From Yuukianura sp. NJ FZ-2021 (Eukaryota): 64,000 bases of DNA. The translations under genes were made by a program, and so were the position numbers. The stretch is taken from the NCBI GenBank assembly GCA_046563655.1, contig CM102283.1, positions 682,001-746,000 on the forward strand. Direction: 5' to 3'. Under the pieces are notes generated by a model. That model saw only the letters and a program-made list of their open reading frames with translations. It searched no databases and had not been told where the DNA came from. The stretch's first letter is position 1. Each line of letters opens with the position of its first letter. This document shows, piece after piece, positions 25,517 through 38,700 of this stretch.

Positions 25517-26099
25517 GGGTCCATGCCAATACATAAAAAAGACATCAACTGAAAAGACATCAACACAAAAGACATCAACCAAACAGAAATCAACAACACA
25601 AACACATCAACCCAAAAGACATCAACATGAAAGACATCAACAATACAAACACATCAGCAATGGAAACACATCAAAACAAAAGACCATAACAGAAAAAAGG
25701 AGCATTTTTTAAATTTTTTGAAAATTTAATTAATAAGCCAAACTTGGACAATAGAACCTACAGACGTAATCCTTATAGCGTACTTTACCAAACCGCATGG
25801 TCAGCTAGCCACATGTCATCAGTATTGCTAACTGTGATAGTATAGCCTGACCTACTTTTTTCCAAATTTTAAAAGATTTCCCCAAATTTTATAACCAGGT
25901 ATAAAAAACAAAATTTCTGTTGATGTCTTTTGTCTTGATGTGTTTCCATTGCTGATGCGTTTGCATTGTTGATGTCTTTTGGGTTGATGTGTTTTCGTTG
26001 TTGATGTGTTTGAGTTGTTGATGTCTTTTTGGTTGATGTCTTTTGTGTTGATGTTTTTTTAGTTGATTTAGTTTTTTTCTGATATATTGGCGTGCTTCG
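25517..26099. mobile_element. Foldback-like non-autonomous DNA transposon whose inverted arms are built of short tandem repeats
   Basis: Left arm repeats AAAAGACATCAAC (~25537-25690); right arm repeats GTTGATGTCTTTT (~25918-26070). Outer IR catgccaatac/tatattggcgtg. Possible 8-bp TSD attcgttg/attccttg. Confidence 0.75.
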
Positions 26100-26299
26100 A
26101 TTCCTTGTACTCCATATCCACCAAACTGCTTTTTGGGTCCTTTTCTCTAGCTAGGGAAAGGTGAAGATAGGTGAGGGGGAAGTTGAGAAGTGAGTTTATT
26201 AAAACTTAAATCTCGACTGAAGGCTAAGTTCTGGAGCCCTTAACCTTTTAACTAAGTTAACTCCGTTGTTTGTAGAATGTTCTAGAAAGATTACATCAC

Positions 26300-27892
26300 T
26301 CTCGGAACTTACAGTGTCATTCAAATCTTTGTAGAAGGAATGCTCATCTTAATTGTGTTAAAATAAACACAATAGAAAAACAAAAGTAACGCTCCGAGTC
26401 ACGCAAACTCTTTGAGCAAAGGCGTAAAAATGAAAGAAAATAAAATGAGATCATTGTTCTGAGAGATCGTCACTTTGCCATTCCTATCTCTGGCATTCCT
26501 ATTTCTGGTTTCCCTTTCCGATGCTCATTTTGTTTATAATTAGTGTCTCGTTTATAGGTCCCTGTGTAGGGATGTATTTTTGTACCTATTTAAAATATTT
26601 TTATAGGAGACTGGATTATTTTTGTAGAAACAGTCTCTCGCCCAATACCCCTTCTTGGAGCATATTTTACAAACATCATTTGACTTGTCTGCGATTTTTA
26701 AATTTTCCCTCTTTACCTTCATTAGAAAAGAAGGATTTTGAGGCTGACTCATCAGCCTGTTTTTCTTCCGGTTGCTCTAAATCCAAGGCTTTAATTCTTA
26801 ACAGCAGATTTCCTGACGTTCTTCTTGAACTTTCTACCGACTTCCAAGCTTCCTTAAAATGTATTTGTTATCATCCAAACTGGTGATAACTTTTTAGACT
26901 TCAGACTCCTCGTCTACGACGGAGCCTAATGACCTCAACTACACCGTAAGGTTTTGAATTTCTATCATCGCTTGAAGGGCAGTTTTCTCGTTGCTAGTTT
27001 TAACATTATAAAACTTTGCCAGAGCAGTATTTTTGACTCTTCGCTTACATTTTGATGGAGTTTCGCCAGTTGGTTCCACGATTTTGCAGCAGTGGAACAA
27101 CTTGCAATTGAACTCAATTCTTTGTTTTAAATACAGTGATAAATGCATGATTATTGCTTCAATACTTTACTTGCCCCACTTACTCTGTTCTACACCTGCA
27201 TTTGCAGGTCTTGGTGTAGTCCCATTGACTACCTTTAAAATGCCGTGTGCTCGAAACAAGGTTCTACCCTCAGCTTCCACGTTATGTAATTGTCTTCGTT
27301 AAGTTTTGAAATAGAATCTGCGTCAAATTTTTTGTTTAAAAAATGGTAACTTGTTACGGTCTCACCAGGCGCAGCTACAATTGATAGGTTAGAGTTGGAA
27401 GCCATTGCGTCTTCAGAGCTGTTTTGAAGAAAGGACCTGATTTGGAGGTTCGTACTGATAACGTGTTGAAGATGACTAATTAAACTCAGTCGTTTGTTTC
27501 GAACAAAGTTTGGATATTTCAGAGGTTTTATCTAACAACTATGTTTTTTCCACGAGGCACCACTGACACTTTTTCCTATTTAAGTGACTCGTATTTATAT
27601 GGCTACATTAACCTGGAAGGAATTGACATTAGTCATTGACCTAGTGTCCTTGATGAAACGATTTCTTACGTTATGTTCACCTGGAACTTACTTCAATTCG
27701 TAAACTTTCCTGTATTTGATCTTTATTTCAAATAAAATGAGGTGACTTAATTACTTACCTATAATTAGTTTACCAAATCCAGTTCCTATTTATATTGACG
27801 TCAGTATTACCGGATGTCCTAATTCTGTATTCCTAATCTGGAGCATAATGACGCTTGTTCTCTTTTGTTGGTGATTTTATATATTTTGAACA
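26300..27892 (-). mobile_element. Truncated Ty1/copia element: ~430-bp 5' LTR, PBS, decayed gag with Zn knuckle
   Basis: LTR 27464-27892 (TGTTCAA...TTCAACA on minus) is followed directly by CGTTATCAGTACG. Gag start MASNSNLSIVAAPG near 27406; knuckle CKICSKKGYWARDC at ~26630-26675. Confidence 0.72.
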
Positions 27893-30044
27893 AGATACTT
27901 CGTTGAAGAGATACACTGGAAAGAAAAAGATTAGGTCACCCGAGTAGTACGGTATGGGCGAAAACAAATTTATTAACTGAATTAACATTAGTTATAATCT
28001 TGGTTATATTAGTTCTATGCTGTGTGCTCCAGGAGAGCGAGCCCAGTCGCATCGTACGCCTGTTCTAACGCATAGAAATCATCATGGTGGGGATTCATTT
28101 CAAACTCACTACTCCCTTGTTTTACAGCACACGTGTAATCAGAAGGCTTGTCAATGTTCACCTCAACAGCCTTTTGCCGTATATTTTTTGTTCGAACCTC
28201 AAAAAGCAAAGTGTGATGCCTGGCAATCATTTTCGGGACTCGGAGTTGGGTTACCAGGTTTCAAGGATTCAAACTGGTATGGTAGGTTGTCAATATTACA
28301 GTTGATAATGTAAATGATGCCTCCTCGTTATTGTAGGAGAACGGATAAAGCACATGGCTGCAAGTGAAAAATGCGCACCAAAGTTTTCTCGGTAGCTCAA
28401 AGTTGTGATTTTGATGTGGACACAACCATATTCATTGCAGCATTCACAATTATATTCACGATTTCTTCTGAAAAGAATGGATCGATTCTGTTGTACCTAT
28501 TAGACGGCAGGTTAATATTAGCAAGAGGTAGTCGTGACATTCTTGGTTTATGTAATAATACAATTGCGTGAGCGTTCTCTGGATTTGGCAAAAATTGACA
28601 TCCTGTGCATGTACGCGCGAGTCCCGCCAAGCTACTTTCGTAAATAAAAAAAAAATTCGTGAAAAAGCCAAATTTTGCAATGATATAACCGCAATTATTG
28701 TGTTCAACCCAAGATAAATAATAATGAGTTTTGTATCATGGAGGTGGCGCGCGTTCAAATTTATTTTGGGTCTTTGCATATCCTAATTAACTCTTGAAAT
28801 GCTTCCCTTGCTATAGGAGTCTATGAGAGAGTAGAGACTTCACTAATCAGGACGACATAGGAATCTCCGTAGAATTGAACGGCCCAATTTAGAAGAACAG
28901 AATATAAAGGTAGGCTTCTGACATGAGTGTAGCCTCTCGAGACAGTCGCGGCAGCAGTTTCCGATAAAGGATTTTTGTTGGGTTGAATTTTGCACAATGA
29001 TGATGGTACATCGACGCTTCTTCCATCCCCGCCGGCAGGCGACCAAATTATTTCACTTCCCAGAAATAATCAAAAAATTAGTAATGCCTGTGTTTCCTGG
29101 ATCTTATTCAACAAAAGTTTACTAAAAAGATGGTAAAAGATAATACCATAAACATAACGACACTTTGGACTAACCTTGTATGCTGATTTGACACTAGAAG
29201 TATCCGTCCAAGTCTGGTTGAATATATGCGTCCATTCCATTTCGACCCGTTATCCAAGCAAGCAATGTGTAAAAGCCCCGGAGCCTGGATACGTTCCGTT
29301 GACCATTCCGAGGCTCTTGTTTTCCATGCCATTTAGTCCAGAGTAAATGGAAGCATAATGGCTGAAGTAGATGTTTTGATAAATTCTTTTAGCCCGGAAA
29401 TATGTTTGGATGAGGCCGTTGTAAGTTTAAGGCAAGTTATCCTTGACAAATTCCGCAAAGCTGTGCTCCGCCATTTCGCTGATACCATGTTTTTCCTGAT
29501 TGGCATTTTTTAGCAAGCCTCATCCAATGGCGCATTCAGATCCTTGAAATCGATACTGTTGTATTCAGTTTCAGAACACTTCCCACAGAATCTACAACAA
29601 AAAATAAAAAATTTACAATTTCAAGCAAGCTTGTCTTAGTATAACTCTATAAAAGGTAACCTATAGACCAGTTCCAATTAAGAATATTTCATGGCTTACG
29701 TTGTTGTTTGGACAAGATTCATGGAGCAGAAATCTAGGTACGTAGTGTAGTGTAGCAGTTCGGCGTCAAAGAACTAAAATTCAATCAACGCCATGAATAT
29801 CGAGAACAGTAGAGTTTTTCGTACTTGCACCTCTGCCTGTGAGTAGCAAAAATGTCAAGTTCAAACGGCAATGCAAAATTCGAACGGACTTTAGGTGTGT
29901 TAAGTACAGAAAAGTTTCATCAGCCAGCCATAGAACACTCCTCATTTGGAACCTAAGCACTTATCACTTATCAAGAGTAAACTATTGAGATAATGACAAA
30001 AGGATATCGTGTTTTTTGTGTCTCTCCTTTAATTTTTTAGGAAT

Positions 30045-30500
30045 TTATCTGGGTAACACAACGCTCGTATATTGCTTGTATACGCTTGTACCCGAAACCC
30101 AAAGCGTGAAGCAGGTTTCGAAAAGCAGATTTGCCACAAGCTGTTGTCGGTGCCGGGTGAATTCGTCAAAAATTTGCTTAATTGTTGGAGCAATGTTCTT
30201 TGAATACATATCAACCATAATTCTCCTAATATGATCTGCTTCAAAACTCTCTATTTGTTTTCGTACGCCACCAAGTCGAAATCTCTCACGTGCTGCTGTC
30301 ATCCAGCTATCGTCTTTGTTGTACTTGCTTAACAGTCTGCCAACAGTACATGGGTGAACGTTAACCGTTTTCGCAACTGCTAATGCGTTGGTAACTGCAG
30401 GTATTATTCTCGTCCTTTCTGGAATCCCAAATGCTTCATATGCTGTGAAAGCGTTGATTATGATTTTCTTTGCATCCAGACTAAGAGGACGATGGTTGAA
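30045..30500 (-). pseudogene. Transposase N-terminal HTH remnant (IS630/Tc1/mariner-like)
   Basis: In-frame RPLSLDAKKIIINAF...AVAKTVNVHPCTVGRLL...HIRRIMVDMYSKNIAPTIKQI resembles the bipartite HTH region of such transposases. No DDE core was seen. Confidence 0.45.
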
Positions 30501-33249
30501 TCCGAAAAGGTCGGAAATGTGCTACATTGGTTGGCATACCAGGTGTAGGAACCGTAATCCGTCTGTTGCGATCCTTTCTGTTCATCCGAGTAACAACCCC
30601 ACAGATGGATATTGGCATGTCCAAACCGTCCGCATCTTGAAAATCAACTAGTTCGTTCTCCATCGACGATGGTATCATGTTAAGTTGGCGAGTAAAATTT
30701 GGCCAGAATTTATCGAAAAACGTGACACAGGAACACGAGCAACAGGTTCCATAGACAACGACGTCTACTTTACATCTCATAAACGCGCCGATTTTCCTGG
30801 CTAAGATAAGATTTGAAGTATAATGATTGTAACAGTCAAAGTGACAGATATACTAAGGTATGGGGATATATTGGTAGCTATACTTACGAACAAGAGGGCT
30901 GTTGGTCCATGTACTCTACGTTTTTAAACTCGGATATTTCCTTTCGTCGCTTTCAGTTACATTGAGTAAAAGAACAACAGTTGTTCGTACGGACAGGCCA
31001 CGTAACCGATGTCCAATGTCCAAATCAATGTTCGCGTTATTGTGATTCCCAGTTGTGTAAATTCCAAACAATGTGCCCGTAGTAGTTCTGCGAAAAGATG
31101 CTGTAGGCATATGACTTTCACCACCGATGAACATAACAAAGTTCCTCGCTAAAGATATAACACTTCCCATCACATATGACAATGGGCAATGGAACCCAAG
31201 TTCCAAAAACATTGCTGAGTCATCACCGAAAACTCCGATGTTCACTTCGTTAAAAATTGTGACGCAAGAATTATGATGTTGTGCAGCGTGGGGCTCAACT
31301 GAAGTAAGTGGCCTTGGCGTTGTTGTTTGACCATCGATGGATATGCCATTGATAAGCAACACCAATATACTATACGAAACTTATAATTCCGTTTTTGTTC
31401 TCGAAAGAAAGTAGTTAAACTTTTTACAGGATGATTTTGTCTCTGGTTTATCAGAAGTTAATGAAATCACACGCAGGAGTTTAATGGTCACAAAACAATG
31501 GGTGTGGCATGAGTCCTCAATTTGTGTGCTACTTAAGCAGAAGAAGCTGATTAAAGTTTTCACGACATATTGCTTGTAAAGATAAGGTTAGAAGAGTGAG
31601 AGTCCTTTCGCTCGGGGGAGAAATACCGTAAAGTAAGATGTATAGAGACAACTTAATTTGAGACACTTAATTTGCAATTTTACGGTATTAAAATTAAGCG
31701 GCATGGCTTGAAGTATGAATTACGGAAGCGTCGCAACTAACACAAAGCACAGAATTCATTATATTAGTTCAAATAAAATTTTTAGTTAATTCTTGAAACA
31801 TCAATATTCGTATTCTTAAATCTTAGAACATATCTCAATTGCTTTAGTGGTGCTTAAAACGTGAGTGTGCGAAGTGCTTAACATTTTTTGAAAAGTTCGG
31901 AACCAAGGGTGATTTTTTTGTTTATTTTGCACGTTTTTGTAAAATCAACTCCATCACCCATCAGAGAGAGTCCGGTAAAAAATTTGAGTTAGTAGTGTAC
32001 TGCGTTCCTATGAGTCTGTCGCATCCCATCATGGGATGCGACAGACGGGATGGGATTGGGGACGGGATGGGATTCCCATGCTCATAATAGTGGGTTCTAC
32101 CCACTGAGCGTGTGATCTGCACAATTCGATATGAAATCAAGAAGTTACGGAAAACATTTGAGACCCTTCTCGGACGCATTCACAGAAACAGCAGTGCGCG
32201 CTATTTTAGTTATGATGAGTATTTTCACATTACACACAAACCGAGATGTCGATAGCATTACTATGTATAATTATTAGTGTCCTATACAAGACAAATTTAT
32301 GTATACAATTTTCGCTTTTAAGGCAACTCTTAATAAATATAGAAAAATCTCATTATGGTTTGTGACTATCATTCGTTTATCCTTAAAGCAAATTATTTTA
32401 CAGTTAACATTGCATGCCGATTTGCCAGGTTGTGCACTAGTTGTCACCCAGCTCGTGCCCGTCGTGAAAGCTGTTTCACCACCATACACCTTGGATTTGT
32501 TTCAGATTTGATATCCTTAGTCTATTTCATAGTCTTAGCTATGGATTCTCATATTCATGAAATCCTTTAATGCAATTTGCTGGAAGAAGTTATGTGTTAA
32601 CTGCTGAATGGCAAAGAAGCGACAGTGAAATATGAAATAACACTTTTTGGTAAAATACGACTGACTGACGATTTTCATTTTTCATACAAAATATACTTTG
32701 TTGATTGGATAAATTAGTAAATTAACTTCGGTTGCAGATTAGATTTAATAATATGCAACCGACAAATCAATTTCGAAAGTCGAAATTTATTTGTATGAGA
32801 CATCCACAAACCGCTGGTGAATTTCCATTCGTCTTCATTGTATGACCAAAGTTTCTTTGTAACCTTGAATGATGTAACAAATCATAAAAAAATTCCTTTC
32901 CAAGAGTTGTGGAATTCCAGCTTCAAGCGCAAGAATGACATGCTGCAGATTTTGGGTATTAATTATGGAAGACCTTGAGGTAAATTGTCATTCGAGGACT
33001 CTTCTCTTTTTTTTTTGCGAAGAGGCGAATCACTTGGGCGAATCTTTACCAAGTTTTTTTAGTGGCCGCGAGCGTTGTGGTAGGCACTTCACGTTATCAT
33101 TACTGGTGATTAAATTTATCTTGGCAAGCAGATTTTAGCAATTCACCACAACATTAGCGGGCCGCAGGAGACGTCCAGCACCTAAGCAGACAGCAACGCA
33201 CTTATTGTTCATAGTCTTAATTAAGTATTCAATTGTCCTATTGCCAACA

Positions 33250-36021
33250 ATGATTTCTTGGATTTTAGTAACTGTTGTTACATTTGTCATTGGGTACTTC
33301 GCTTGGGCGTCAAAAAAGAAATCGGGAAAGTCACCGCCAGGTAAATACTTTTAAATTGTTTGTTTAAAATTACTTCAAATTAAAATTAAAATTTAAATTA
33401 AAAAAAATTAAAATTAAAGGCGGAGGCACAAAGTCCATAAGAAAGTGTCCTTAGTGGTATTCAAACGAAATTTTTACAAGTTGTTAGGGTCATTACTGGG
33501 ATCATATGTGCAAATTTTCAGCACACCAGAAACGACAGGTCACAGGTCACGGGGGGTCAAAGGTCACAATGTCATCCCATGACGACCCCATGCAAGCAGC
33601 ATATCGTTGGAACGGGCTTGACGTGTTGATTCAGAAAATGCATATATTTTGCTATTTGTGACGTAAGACAACGCAGTTATGGCGCTTTGAAGTTCAAACT
33701 GTTGAGATTGGCGATGGAGTCGCGAGAGTGAAATCTACGTTTTGCACTTCAAGGCGCGACAACTTCATTGTTTTACGTCATAAATACTGACATTTATACA
33801 TTTTCTGAAACAGTGTTTCAAACCCGTTCCAACGATATGCTACTTGCATGGGGTCGTCATAGGAACACATGTTGACCTTTGACCCCCAGTTACGCTTGAC
33901 CTATCGTTTCTGGGGGGCTGAAAATTTGCATATATGATCCCAGTGTTGACCCTAACAACTGGTAAAAATTTCGTTCGAATACCACCAAGGACACTTTCTT
34001 ATGGACCTTGTGCCATCTCCATTTAAATTACTTTAAAAGTTACGTAGTTAATTTCAAGATTAAGTGATTTAAAAGTTACTGTTAATTAACTTTAACTGAA
34101 TGGAATGGTCAACTAAATCTAAACGTTTAAGCAAATGCTTTGACGTTTCGTAATGTAAAGGGCCACATGGACTGCCGCTCGTCGGAAACTTGTTTCAACT
34201 CGACAAATTTCAACACATTTCATTCTGTAAATGGGCGAAGGAGTTTGGGCCAATCTACAAAGTTCAATTGGCTAATTTAGAGTAAGACCCTGACATTTTT
34301 ACCGCAAAACGCATTTTAAAAAATGCCCTGCTCCCAACTGCTCATATTGTTTTCATTTTAATGCCACGATTTAAACAGAATGGTCGTTGTTTCTGATTAC
34401 AAGATGGTAAAGGAAATGTTCTCGCAATCAGTTTTTAGCGGACGGATGGACTTTTCACTCTTTGACTTCATTCTGGATGGGAAAGTACATGGTAAGGATA
34501 GGATAATTTATTTAGACACATATCATATTATTATTTATATTATAATAAAATTATACTACAGGAATAATCAACACGGAAGGGCCTCACTGGGAGGAACTGC
34601 GTCACTTCACTCTGCGCCAACTCCGTGACTTTGGTTTTGGGAAAAACTCAATGGAGGAGTCAATCATGGTGGAAGTGAACGAATTGATAGATACGCTGGT
34701 TGAGCAGCAGGAGAAGCCAGTGACGAACTCCAAAGACCGTTTGCTGGTTGCTGTCGTTAATTCACTCTGGTTCATCGTCACGGGACACCGCTACAAACAA
34801 AACGATCAGAACATCATCCAGATGACCAACAAAGCTAACAAGTTACTTCAACCAATTTTTGTAAAACTTGAAGTATCACCTTCAGCTTTCTGAAAATAAG
34901 TGTTTTTGTTTAGATTATTTGCTGAACTATTGGAAACTGGAGCATTTATGCTATTCGCTCCATGGATTGCGCGTTCGTTCCCAAGGTTATCTGGATACTC
35001 CAAAATAAAAGAGATAATAGACAACTTCGGTGACATGTTTCGACAGCCAGTGAACGAGCACATGAAAACATACTCCGAGGATTTTCAAAGGTTATTTTAA
35101 AAACATTTAAAAAAATGCCTTGACATGTTAAAACACTCCTTCAAAGGCCAACATTTTTGTAGAGATTTTACGGACGCCTATTTGAAAGTAGCGCATGCCA
35201 CGAAGGACCCAAAATCAGCATTTTATGAAAAACTTGGAAGTAAGCATTTGAATTTAAACTGAATGTGTTAAATCATTATTTTGCTGAAGTTAAACATTTT
35301 TTTTCCAATTTTTACTAACAGTTGAAAATTTGATTTGTGTCTTGGGAGACCTGTATTTTGCTGGAACCGACACAACATCCACAACACTTTCTTGGATGCT
35401 GATTTACTTGTCAAAGAATCCAGAAATTCAAAAGAAACTTCAAGCCGAAATCGAGTTGATCACTGGCAATACAAGGTCTTGCTCTGTGGCTGACCGACCA
35501 AAGTAATTTTAATCAAGCCTTTAACATTTTGAAAGATTTTTTTAAATTAATTCCGTAATCGTTTCAGCATGCCTTACGCAGAGGCCGTGATCGCAGAAAC
35601 TCTGCGCATGTCCAGTATTACTGCACAAGGAGTGGGACACAAAGCTCTCGCTGACACTACTTACAACGGGTACACAATTCATAAGGACACGATCATTACC
35701 CCCAACGTGTACTACATTCATTTTGACCCCAAAATTTGGGGTGACCCGGAAAATTTTCGGCCGGAACGTTTTCTGAGTCCAGATGGAAAAACTTTCAAAA
35801 AACACGAAGCTCTAATTCCATTTTCGGTGGGACGAAGACAATGTTTGGGTGAAACTCTCGCAAGAGACAGTCTGTTTCTCTTCAGCACCAACATTTTCCA
35901 AAGATTTCAAGTGGAATTTGACCCCAATGGACCCGACAATGGATATCAACCTGAACTCAGTTTTATTTTAACGCCCAAACCATTTAATGTCATTTTCAAG
36001 GACAGACACAAATTGGCTTGA
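33250..36021 (+). CDS. Cytochrome P450, CYP2 clan (CYP15/303/304/305-like), multi-exon
   Basis: Membrane anchor MISWILVTVVTFVIGYFAW plus PPGP hinge; WEELRHFTLRQLRDFGFGK (C-helix); AGTDTT (I-helix); ETLR; PERF; heme motif FSVGRRQCLG. Confidence 0.93.
33418..34022. mobile_element. ~600-bp near-palindromic MITE with TTAA target duplication (Kolobok-like) in CYP intron 1
   Basis: TTAA at 33414-33417 and 34023-34026. Arms aggcggaggcacaaagtccataagaaagtgtcc.../...ggacactttcttatggaccttgtgcc are inverted over most of the length. No ORF. Confidence 0.85.
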
Positions 36022-36134
36022 TTTTAAAATTTCAAAGAAATGTTAAAATTCTAAAAGAAATGTTAGGAAAACCTTAAAATCAAAAAAACCTTCCACCTAA
36101 AAATCTGCCCAAAATATTTGTTCAGCATGTGAAG

Positions 36135-37104
36135 TCACATGTCGAGTCCGATTGCTCCGCATGCGATTCTGGTTCCGGAATTTCCATTTGTATGACTCGT
36201 TGGAGCGCCACCTTTACCACAATCGTCTTTGTTCTGAAAAGTAATTGGTTATTGTAGTAAGAACTAATCTACTTAAAAATAAAAGTTATATAAATTGTTA
36301 GGCTAAACTAACCATGTGAATGACCAGTGCTCGGCCTAGGATTGATTTTTTTCCTGCGTTAAGTGAGATGGATCTGGAGGAAATAGAAATGGACGCAACG
36401 CCGAGTGAATCCGTTTTAATGTTTCCAAGATCTCCGGCATGTCTGGGCTTATGCGGTGGACATCCATGAGCTGTCTGAAATTCAAATTTCAAAAAAAGCG
36501 GAGCATATCAATTTTCTAGACGATTTTTTTTTGAAAGTTAGGGTTGCGCTGACTTTTTTGGGGTTGAAGTGGCCACCAGTAGAGTCGCACATATCCGAGA
36601 AATTTCCGTACTCATGGACGTGGAATCCTAGCTCAGCATTTTTGGGGAGGCCATTGACCTTCCCATTAATTCTCAATTCTCCACCTCTCTCAGTAAGAAT
36701 CAAAGTTCCAAGGAATTTGAAATCCCGTGAATACATGGAACACACTCCAGCATTTGAATCCGTAGGTTTACTGGAACCGCCACGCTACAAGAATCCAATT
36801 CAATTTAACTTTAAGTTTAGAATTTCAATTTCGCTTGTTGTTTTTTTCTAATTTCTGGCTAATTTCTAAATCTTTGTTGCTATTTCCAGCAGAAATGAAA
36901 GTTTTACGGTTTCAATGCCCTCGATTTTTGGGTTCAGCAGTTCAATCCCTTCTGAATATACACTGCAGCTGAAAAATACAAATGCAAGGATACTGAAATA
37001 AAAAAATAAAACACCGAAATTAAAAAAAGCCTTTCTCAAATAAAATTTCCAAAGTTGAAAAGCAAGTAAACTTACAGCACACAGTTTACGTTTAGAATCA
37101 CCAT
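36135..37104 (-). CDS. Secreted/extracellular Cu/Zn superoxide dismutase (SOD3-like)
   Basis: Signal-like N-terminus MVILNVNCVLSILAFVFFSCSVYS. Motifs GFHVHEYG, GGHFNP, AHG...RHAGDLGNI, ILGRALVIH and GNSGTRIACG; all Cu/Zn ligands and both cysteines are present. Confidence 0.9.
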
Positions 37105-38244
37105 TTTAGTGTTTATTGGTAGCGTAGTGTAGTGTTGGATTTTGAACTTCGTATACTCCAATGTTTTCTAAAATAAAATCTATTATGCTTCTCTATTTTT
37201 TGAGTTTTGATAGTTTGGGGTTACATGGTCATGAACTGTTTAAAATTTAATTGAGGTATGACAGTTGAAATGGGATTGTCAGTTAAAGTTTCCAAAAGGT
37301 ATTAACATTTCAAGTCATAAAGCAATACACCACCAGAGCCCAGAGGTCACTGACCTCAAGCGCTAAATTGCAACTATTTGTGGTGGCCATTTCCAAACGG
37401 GAATTAAGTTTCAAATTGAGACTCATGCGCGCTGTTCGTGGTCATTATGCATGTCCCCCAGGCTAACTTGAGATGCATCTTTAAAAACTGAAATCAGATT
37501 TCGGAATTGCAAATTGGCAAAAGTGCTCAAAATAAAAAGAGCAAAAGTGCATCATCATCAAAGTAGATCAAAAGTGCAATTATAAGTTTAGTAAGTATAC
37601 TAACGTTCTCTCATCAATGTCGGATTCTCTAACTTAAATTAATAGTAATTCATGCTTAATGGCTAGCAGTAACTTTACTGCGAACGATCAGACTACCCTC
37701 CTCCGGTCTTTTGTCATTCTCCGCTTGTCAGAAATGGATTATGGTTTAAAAATTATCACAGAATTCAACCTGTAGTTACCTTTTCAGGTTTTTATGTACT
37801 AATAACATGGGTATGTTTGGGAAAATAAATACGGGAACAAAGGTATTAAGAAAAATTAAAATAGAAGTGAGTAGGATAACCTTTCACAAAATTTGAGTTT
37901 TTTGAAATTCTTGAGTATTGTGGAAGGCATGCACAGCGTCATGTCCAAAATAAACATTTGATAGGTTAGACCCTTCTAAAAGTATAGGAAATGGGGCATT
38001 GCTGTTAAAGGCTTCATTTCGCTGTACGCACAAATTCTTGTTCAGAAGTGCTGTGCCAGTTCAACAAACTGTACAAATTGTTTCAAAAATCGGCGTGTCA
38101 ATCGGAACCAGAATTCATGAGGCCATTAGTTGCGGTGAGTTTTTTCTAGTAGCTTTGTGTTATATATGTACATCTAATTCATCACAATACATGTAAAATA
38201 CCTAATAATAAACGTGATGTTATCATTTTCAGATTAGCTGTGTC

Positions 38245-38700
38245 ATGGCGTTTGTAGCGCTTAATGCAAGTGACCTGAGTTTTAAAAAAGTGGAGACTGG
38301 AGTCCTAATTCCATGGGACGCATTGCCATTTCTTACTGCCATCTACGTTGTGTCGATTGCAATTGCAGTCGCCATGACGGCAGCATGTTACGACAACCGA
38401 ATTCGTGAGCTTCAGCGGCAGAATGCTCGCCATCAGCGGCAGATTCAACGCATGATGCGTATCATTCATGTAAGTTTTGTACGATTAATATGAGATCTTT
38501 ATTTATCTTTAACAAGCGGAAGCCACAGTGACGGACGACATTCATTCATTGCATTCAAAAAAAAGGCATACTGTTTAACTATAATCGACTATGAACTTTC
38601 AACATTCTAAGTTGGCATAAATATAGCATCCTATTGCACGATATGTTTCCTATTTTTCAGTTCTTGAATTTTTTTTATTTTTCAGAACAATAATTCTTGA
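38245..38700 (+). CDS. Putative small single-pass membrane protein of unknown function
   Basis: The ORF follows an AG acceptor and has a hydrophobic stretch (LPFLTAIYVVSIAIAVAMTAAC) then a basic helix. GTAAGT donor at ~38470 and a tiny terminal exon NNNS*. Confidence 0.4.

Noticed and set aside
25537-26070. CRISPR-like repeat array
   Set aside because: Eukaryotic context, degenerate short units without unique spacers, and an inverted arrangement typical of a foldback TE.
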